A DNA stretch of 64,000 nt, taken from Paraspadella gotoi (lineage: Eukaryota > Animalia > Chaetognatha). The translations under genes and the position numbers were made by a program. Under the pieces are notes generated by a model. That model ran no database searches. It was not told where the DNA came from and worked only from the letters and a program-made list of their open reading frames with translations. Below are positions 56,132 through 64,000 of the stretch, piece after piece (the stretch's first letter is position 1; each line of letters opens with the position of its first letter). Location: the NCBI GenBank assembly GCA_051294375.1, contig CM119266.1:16424087-16488086 (forward strand), in the 5' to 3' direction.

Positions 56132-59100
56132 TCAAATTTTGAGATCAACAAAAGTAGCCGCTGTAGCTACTCCGCAATTGTTGTCTTTTTGACTCATGAG
56201 AACATAACCGTCATTGCCCCAAAAGGTTGACCAAGAGTTTTTAATGAGCCAATATTTTTGATCATTGAACACGCCGTATCCTACGGCCAACACAGCATGA
56301 TCAAGATCATATTCAGTATTTCCACAGTTTGGCTCGTAATAAACCTAAAAAAAAAGTATGTCAAAGCAGCTTACTAATAATTAATGAATATTATAGCATA
56401 TACAAGACTTGAAATTCATCTCAAAACGTAGTGGTGACAGTCGACGAAAGTTACTGCTTCTGTTAATATAATCACTTATGGTGGACTAAAATCCACCAAC
56501 CGTTCATCAGCGGCCATTGGTGCCGGAGGCAAGTCATTCGCCTCCCAACCCAAAGGTCCAGGGTTCTAGTCTGGCAGTTAAGAGGGACGGGGCGCTTAAC
56601 CTGCCTGTAACATGGTGTTACAGCCTGATCCGAAGCTCAGGACTGCTTATATTGAACGGTTCTGTCATTAACCTGTCTTTGTTTGTTTGTTGATGATGAT
56701 TGTACTGAATCAACCTCGTTGTATTCGAATAAAATCGCATATTAACACATATCAATAATTACTGTCTCTTCATTGGTGAGCCCGACTTCCGAACACAACA
56801 GCAACAACAACACTTTCAGGCGACATGCCTCAACCTGGCGATGCACTTTCCGCCCACAACACATCAGGCGACATGCCTCAACTTGGTGACGAACTTTCCA
56901 CCAACAACAATTCACTGAAGAGACGCAACAGACTTCTCCCTACGGAGGGGGGGATGTATGGTGGACTAAAATCCAACAACCGTTCAACAGCGGCCATTGG
57001 TGCCGGAGGCAAGTCATTCGCCTCCCAACCCAAAGGTCCGGGGTTCTAGCCCGGTGGTCGTCTGGCAGTTAAGAGGGACGAGGCGCTTAACCCGCTGTAA
57101 CATGGTGTTACAGCCTGATCCGAAGCTCAGGGACTGCTTATATTGAACGGTTCGGTCATTAACACATCAATAATTACTGTCTCTTCACACTAAACAATCA
57201 AGATTCGAATATCGAAACTCTTAGGGGATTGATCAAATCGCACCATTGGATTTGGTAAATCGCTAATGTTAATGGCAAGAGGAACGTGCGTCATGCCCGG
57301 GGTGTAAGGCGTCTCCCTACAGGTGGCGCTCAAGGCTTTGGGCCTGCAATGACCACCCAGCTTAAGTTAACCAGACTATATGGGAAGCGAATTTAGGAAT
57401 CGCCACAATATACCGGGTGCTGTTTGGCAACTGGTTTTTGCGTCATAAAATCTTGATCTTATTGTTGATAGAGTGATCGTTGTATTGTTTGAGAAATTGT
57501 CTACATTAAGGATTTAAATTAAATTCTGATACATTTCAAAAAGTACTTGTATAATGTGTGGGATTTTCATATTAAAAGAACTTTACCCCTTGATTATAAA
57601 AGGCGAAGCTGGGATGGGATGCATCAATTCCCACAGATATGGGACCCTCTTCAAAAATAGCGATTTGTAACGCATTCAAATCTCCTGAAGGGATGTTTTT
57701 CCAATTCTTGATGGTATATAGTTGGGTAAAGTTTTCAATCTTGCAAAAACCGTTGATTCCTTTGTACATTCCATAATCCCGCTCGAGAGGGATGCCATGT
57801 TGCTTGATATATTTGTAAGCTCTATTTCAACATAAAAAGGAAATTTAGAACCAAATTCCGAAACTCGATCCCAAACCTTTTTTCATAATATTTTTATATT
57901 TTTGGATAGAGAATGACTGGAATAATGTAAATCTTAAGTTACGTCTAAATTGGCCCATGGGTTTAGAAAATCGACCAAAAACAACCAAAATTCCTCTCCC
58001 TTTTTTCAACATTCTCGCCTTTTAAGATTTTCGCCGATTCTGACTGCCTCTTAGTTAGGGATTAGCAGTATTCGACGAAATTTTTATTTCTCTATCGGCC
58101 GAAAAATAATAGGGAATTTGATACCAAAAAACAAGGCTTTTTTAAATATTTACTGTATGAAAAATACTGAAAAGAAAAATTTTATTTTTTGAATATAGGT
58201 AGCGTAAGTGTAACTAACTAAAAACCGAAAAAGAATCTTTCAAATTAGAAAAATATTGGAATAGTACAGAAAGCAATATTTCTTTTTATTGTAGCGCAAA
58301 AACTAGGCTTTCCTCGCAAAACCTCTGGTTATAGGAGATGCAAATGTATTTTTTCTCAATGTATTTATCATTGATAATTCCCAAAAATGATGCGCAAAAA
58401 CTCTCCGTCTCCTAAACCTGCCAATACGGAACTTTGGCATCGTCATAAAGCTTTGGTGAATTTACCCTAGTTCGTTTTGTAACTCTTCTAACGAATCCTA
58501 TATCGTATACCGCATCTCTCCTCCCTTGTCTCCATTCCCTCAATCTGAATTAATAGTGTTCCATTTAAACACCCTACCTCTTCGTACAAAATTTGACCAC
58601 AAAGTTCTGAACCAACCACTGCACACAATCCAGAAGCCCAAGGGCCCAAAAATGTGTTTACCGGAATCGTCCGCCATAGGAAGCGCGGTTATTTTTTTTT
58701 TTTATAACCGAAATAGATTTTTTTTTTTTTTTTGAAAACGCGAAGTCTTCTCGCAACAGGGATTTGAATAACTACATAATATCTGTATTTATAATTCTGT
58801 AATATATATGCAGTTGGTAATATTTACGTTAATTGGGAAGTTTGAAAATGAACCCCCACAAAAAATAAATAGAGAAAGCCACGAAGGAAAGAATTAATCG
58901 TATTTAAAAAGTGGGGTGCCAGAATTGTAAGGCCATTGGAGTGAGTTAGTTTTAATATAATTTATTCATTACAGTATTGCGTGGCTTGCTTTCGGCACGT
59001 AGCCGATGACCCGAAAAGCTTATAATAAGAGGAACTCGGTTCACAAATATAGACCCGGCCCTGATACAGTGAAAAAACTGTTTGGGCCAACCCGGCAAGG

Positions 59101-62100
59101 GCCCCTATCGGCGGCTCCGCGTTCCTCAAACTCCTAGTCCGGCAATCATTCACAGCTTTAGATACGCTGAACAAAGGCTCTATGTTATTATTTAGGCCCA
59201 GTTCTCGGAGAGAGAGAGTCTCAAAGTTCCAAGGTTGCTGTCTAAGGTCGTATATTTTTTAGTTTAATTTTAATTTGAGAGACGTTTGTTTGAAACTAGT
59301 TTAATGATATAGTTTTGCACCGTTGAAAGATTTACAGTCTTTAGATATTATAGTACTGTTGTAAACCGCCTCACGCCCTAAAAAAGTCCCTATGATAGAA
59401 TATTCCACTGTCAGTAAGAGTAATATGAGAAAATGATGTTATATTCCCGCCAATGTAGAACTGGATTGTAAGTGTAAAGACACTCAAAGCAAAGTAATTA
59501 TCATTTCTCACAATAACAATAATCATTTCTCCATCTCAAATCGGATCATACTTTGGTGGACTTAATCGGGCGAGTGGTCTTTTTGTTTCTCTCGCGCGAG
59601 TAGCCTGGAGGCTTTACCTGTGCGTCGCGTTTAATACATGTAACTTTAGAGTGAGTTATTATAACTTCCATTGACCTTACAACTGAAACAATGTATCGTT
59701 GTTTTTACCTGATAATGACGCCAAGTCGCCTCGTCCTGTCACGACCTCATCTTTACAAAGGCCTTATATAGCAGTAAGGTAAACTAATATATTAAATATG
59801 ACTTAAGTCGCCAGTAACTGTTGCNNNNNNNNNNNNNNNNNNNNNNNNNTCATATTAAACGGTTTTACCTTTATTTCACGCCATTTTACACCACAATTCT
59901 TTTCAAAATTTAAATATAAACATTTACATTTACGGAATCGGGTGTTTTTACAACTTTTCTACCGGAATTTCTTGCAGGCTCGTTTGTAAAGTTGGGCAGT
60001 CATATTTGAACGGAAATCTCTATTAGAAAAATGTTGAATTTTTTTTTAAGCAAGATTTTCGCCTAGGAAATTAATTGGATAAAGATTATATGGTAACAAT
60101 TTTACAAGCGCCGGTAAAAAAACGCTGTCATTTGCAAACCAGTGGTTATTTCATTGATTTTAAAAATTAGTTTAGTAGAAAATATTAAAGTCATTTATGT
60201 GTTCAAATTTTATATTGATCAGTTAAGATATGCCTTGACAATGAGAGGAGAAAGTTGGCTTATAAAAACGGGTTTCATTTTCCAACTCGTTTTTTTTAGA
60301 TTCAATTTTTTTCTCTTACTTTCAGTAAGTTTTCTAAAGAAATTTGAAAAAAAATAATATTAATATTATTACCTTCTGAAAGCCCTTTCAAATCTAAAGA
60401 GAATGACGTACTTACAGTAGCGTTAGCCGACCAAATTCAAATTTTAATGGGAACAGCATTAAACTAATCCATTATTGGTATTAATTATTGTGTTAAAATA
60501 TTTTTTTGCAAAAACGTTCCGAACCATGAGTAATTCGCTAATTAATATTATTATATTGCTATATAATGTTAAAAATTTTTTTTGATATTTTAAGTTTTTT
60601 TAATTGATTCTGATAGAGCTTAAAAAGTTCAGCAAAAAATATAATTACAACTTTTTAAAATTTTGATGTTTTATTACTAAAAATTAGTAAAAACTGCTAA
60701 AATCATCGGATGATGATGATGATTTTTTAAAGTTTTTCTCAATTTTAACCCACTTATCATCAAAATATTGAAAAAAGAATTATACTTTGTGTAGATAACT
60801 TTTGATAAGCTATTTGAATCTGCTTTTAAAAATAAAAAAATCCAAAAAAATTTTTTGACATTTCCTATCTATAAATAAATATTAAAAAATTAATTACTAA
60901 TGCTTCTTGCCATTTTAGAAAATTTTGCTCCATTGAAAGTTTTCTCAGAAATGTATGAAGTTTCATTTGGAAAGGTTCCCAAATCAAACTTCTGACCCAC
61001 CCCATAGACGAAGTTTGGCTCTACTTACAGATACTGTAGTATAAAATTTAACCAGCCCAGCTTTAATTTAATTAGGATACTCAAAAACAAAACATCTTTC
61101 CAAAAATCAATAGTTGGAGGGTAAATTTAAGATTTTTATCAAATTGTGATTGGCTATCTTAAATCTCTTTTTTTCAGTCTTCATTTTTTAAGGGCTTTCT
61201 GAGGATATTAATATTGTTAATATCTTAATAAATACTTTGTTTAAAAAAGTGCTAAAAGTTGAAAAAAAAAAAATTTAAAAACAGTTAGTTGGAAAATGAA
61301 ACCCGATTTTACAAGCCAACTATCTCCACTCATTGTCAAGGCATATCTTCACTGATCAATATAAAATTTGAACACAAATGACTTTAACATTCTCTATTCA
61401 ACTAATTTTTAAAATCAATGAAATAACCACTGGTTTGTTTTTACCGGCGCTTGTAAAATTGTCACCATGTAAGAAGCTTTATATTTAAGAATGAAAAAAT
61501 CTTAAGGACTCTTTTTTCCACAAGTATCCCATTTCTGTTTATCCCAAAATTTAAATTTATGAAACAACCCCTAACCCTTAACCCTAATCTCTAACCCTAA
61601 TTTAATCTTAAACCCAAATTCTAAACCTTTATCTTAATTTTTGACCCGAAACACTAATCAAAACCCAAATTACTTTCCCTAATCACAAACCAAGTTCTTA
61701 ACCTTAATCATTAACCTAATCCCTAACCTTTAACTTAATTTATAATGACAATTCCGAAATTAGGATAAAATTGGGCGTTCTGGGAAAATAAGGCCCTTAA
61801 AAGAAATAGGGAATGTACAAGAGCTAGTAAACAAAATTAGATAAACCACGAACAAGTTTGAGCAAACAATGTCGGATCTGCCCACGATCATTAGCGGTAT
61901 TATGGTGGACTAAAATCCACCAACCGTTCATCAGCGGCCATTGGTGCCGAAGGCAAGTCATTTGCCTCCCAACTTAAAGGTCCGGGGTTCTAGCCCGGTG
62001 GTCGGGGCGCTTAACCCGCCAGTAAGATGGTGTTACAGCCTGATCTGAGGCTCAGGGACTGCTTATATTGAACGGTTCTGTCATTAACACATAACAATAA

Positions 62101-64000
62101 TTACTGTCTCTTCAGTATATATGTTTTTAGGTCTTTTTGTCACCGACCACGACAAAAGCAACGACGATGGCGGCGACGACGACAATGCCGATAACGTTTG
62201 ACTTAATTGATTAAATAATTAATTGATAAAAAAATTTATTGATTGAATAATTAAATAATATTTAAATAAATTGATTGATTGAATAATTAATTGATTAACT
62301 AATTAATTATTTGATTAATTAATACATCTTGTATTTACATTTCATTTTTAAAAAAAGAAGCATAATCAATTAGTGAAACAGGTTTTTTTTCCATTTAAAC
62401 TCATTTCCACTCAGACGATTCCATCGAAACTTGATTTCCAGCTTAATCACACACTTTCCTACCCACATACAAAATTTCAAGTTACTCCCCCCATCCACTG
62501 ATTGATAATTGGCGTTCAAATAGGGAAATATAATTTTTTTTTCCATTTAAACTCATTTACACGCGCACAATTCTATCGAAACTTCATATCCAGTTCAATC
62601 ACACACTTCCCTACCAGCACACAAAATTTCATTCCAATCCATCCATCCAATCACAAATAATTAGAGTTTTTTGCTAAGGTGGGACGGACGGATGGACTTT
62701 TTTTGCATAATTTATCATAATTCGATGTTCTGACATGATATAAGTAAATGCCCAACAAGATTGAGGGGGCGGACCGACAAAGTAAATTATAGAATTATAA
62801 AAACCGTCTTTGTAACAAGAATTTAAAACAATAAAAACAGGAAATTAATAATTAAGAATAATAATTAATTTGATATGCCATTGTTTGTTTTTAGGTTTTT
62901 TCGTCACTGACCACGACAAAACCGACGAAAATAACGATTAATTGATTGACTTGATTTATTAAATAATTGATAAATATTATTAAATAAATTTATTGATTGA
63001 ATATTTAAGGAAGAAAGCATAATCAATTAGTGAAACATGTTTTTTTGGTTTTTCCCTTCTCATCAAGCAACCAACTATATGCAAGTTATGAGCATTTTTA
63101 ACGTAAATGGTACAAACCGACGGACAGACATTCCGACAAAAGTGACTTAAAAAGTTGTTCCGAGAGAAAGTGACAGAAAAACAAGTTTGAGCAAACAATG
63201 CCCGATCTGCCCACGCTCATTAGTGGTAAGCAGCTGATCAGATAATATTATTTTTTTTAAATTTGTGTCAAAATCGATTTTCACTGTCATGCCTCTCGAT
63301 CACAAAATTAATTAATTATAAATAATTAATTACTTATTTAATAATAATTAATTAATGCAGCTTGAATTTACATTTAATATAAAAATAAAAAAAGCATAAT
63401 CAAATAGTGAAATAGATTGTTTTTTCTATTTTAACTCATTTCCACATGGGCGATTCTATTGAAACTATTTCCTGCTCAATCACACATTTTCCTACCCACA
63501 TACAAAATTTCATTCCAATCCATCCATCAAATCATGAGTAATTTTAGTTAAGGTGGGATGGATAGACAGACAAGACTTTTTTGCATAATTTATCATAATT
63601 CGATGTTCTGACATGATATAAGTGAATGCCCAACAAGATTGGGGGGGCAGACCGACAAAGTGAATTATAGAGCCGGAATCTGCTGTAAGCAGATCCGGCT
63701 AAAAATAAAAGTACAACTAAAAGATTGTGTTTAATCTCTCTTTTCGTTGCAAAAATTATTTAAGGAAAGGTTTTTATTTTTTGGCAAAAAATGAACACTG
63801 TTCATTACATTAGATTTTAGCCTGGCTTATAGTCCAAGGTGTATGAAAAATGAGAGATCTGGTAGATCCAACGACAACGTCGGCAAAGAGCAAGAAAAGA
63901 ACCATTGCATTCCTGTAGTATAAACGAGACCGGACCAGAGAATTACCTAAAATCTTCGCCGCCGTCACACCCATCATTTCCCTCTCCCCAAGAACAATCG
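56132..64000 (-). CDS. Papain-family (C1A) cathepsin L-like protease, 26/29-kDa proteinase type, 3' part; exons >64000-63947, 57821-57587, 56344-56132
   Basis: [40 protein letters not shown] (catalytic His) and [17 protein letters not shown] (catalytic Asn). Splice phases are consistent. Confidence 0.93.
56477..57187 (+). mobile_element. Full-length TRIM, family A, in a cathepsin intron
   Basis: LTRs 56477-56772 and 56957-57187, TSD CACT, PBS 56774-56786, PPT just before 56955. Confidence 0.92.
56574..56646 (+). ncRNA. Twister ribozyme, type P5 (family A, 5' LTR); predicted cleavage between 56597 and 56598; partner in the 3' LTR at 57065-57137
   Basis: gcagt-taa-GAGG-GA-CG-G-ggcgct-TAA-CCT-GC-[CTGTAACA/TGTTACAG]-CCTGA-TCCGAAGC-TCAGG-actgc. 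Confidence 0.78.
57271..57407 (-). mobile_element. Internally deleted family C LTR
   Basis: Both ends are homologous to 44622-44879. The tRNA-like part and the 5' half of the twister are missing. Confidence 0.7.
58926..59681 (+). mobile_element. Probable LTR preceded by a PPT-like tract
   Basis: TGTAAGGCCA...TGACCTTACA inverted ends with upstream AAAAAGTGGGG. No TSD. Confidence 0.4.
60086..61472. mobile_element. Non-autonomous element with ~200-bp TIRs
   Basis: tggtaacaattttacaagcgccggtaaaaa... is mirrored at about 61295-61467. Confidence 0.65.
61901..62114 (+). mobile_element. Solo LTR, family A (twister 5' part deleted)
   Basis: TSD GTAT, same termini as other family A copies. Confidence 0.9.

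Noticed and set aside
56623-56642. 5S rRNA-like match (ctgatccgaagctcagg)
   Set aside because: The similarity is short and gapped. It is better explained as twister P4/L4, which covaries across families.
58300-58700. Retroelement pol remnant upstream of the putative LTR
   Set aside because: No RT, RNase H or integrase motif was recognisable in the frames read.
61568-61735. Interstitial telomere (TAACCC-like; also about 15113-15175, 21340-21385, 3410-3590)
   Set aside because: Short, highly degenerate and embedded in dispersed repeats; not a true telomeric array.

Overview
AT-rich, intron-rich animal (invertebrate-type) genomic DNA with three N-gaps. Five protein genes were reconstructed by hand: a CCCH-finger/TRIR-like gene (5' end probably outside the window), a TIMMDC1-like gene, GPR137, a 12-exon gustatory-receptor-like 7TM gene, and the 3' part of a 26/29-kDa-type cathepsin on the minus strand. 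Most of the rest is small transposons. The main observation is that four sequence-distinct small retroelement families carry a circularly permuted (type-P5) twister-ribozyme fold. Both pseudoknots covary between families and every family has a short palindromic P1. Three families are LTR/TRIM elements with 4-bp TSDs and a tRNA-like Pol III head in the LTR; one of these is full length (LTR-PBS-PPT-LTR). The fourth is a 340-bp tandem repeat. Together they look like a twister-based, probably Pol III-driven animal retrozyme system. Minimal Penelope-type hammerheads, a Transib/RSS-like element and a 7.4-kb nested inverted structure are also present. All RNA folds were assigned by eye and are untested.
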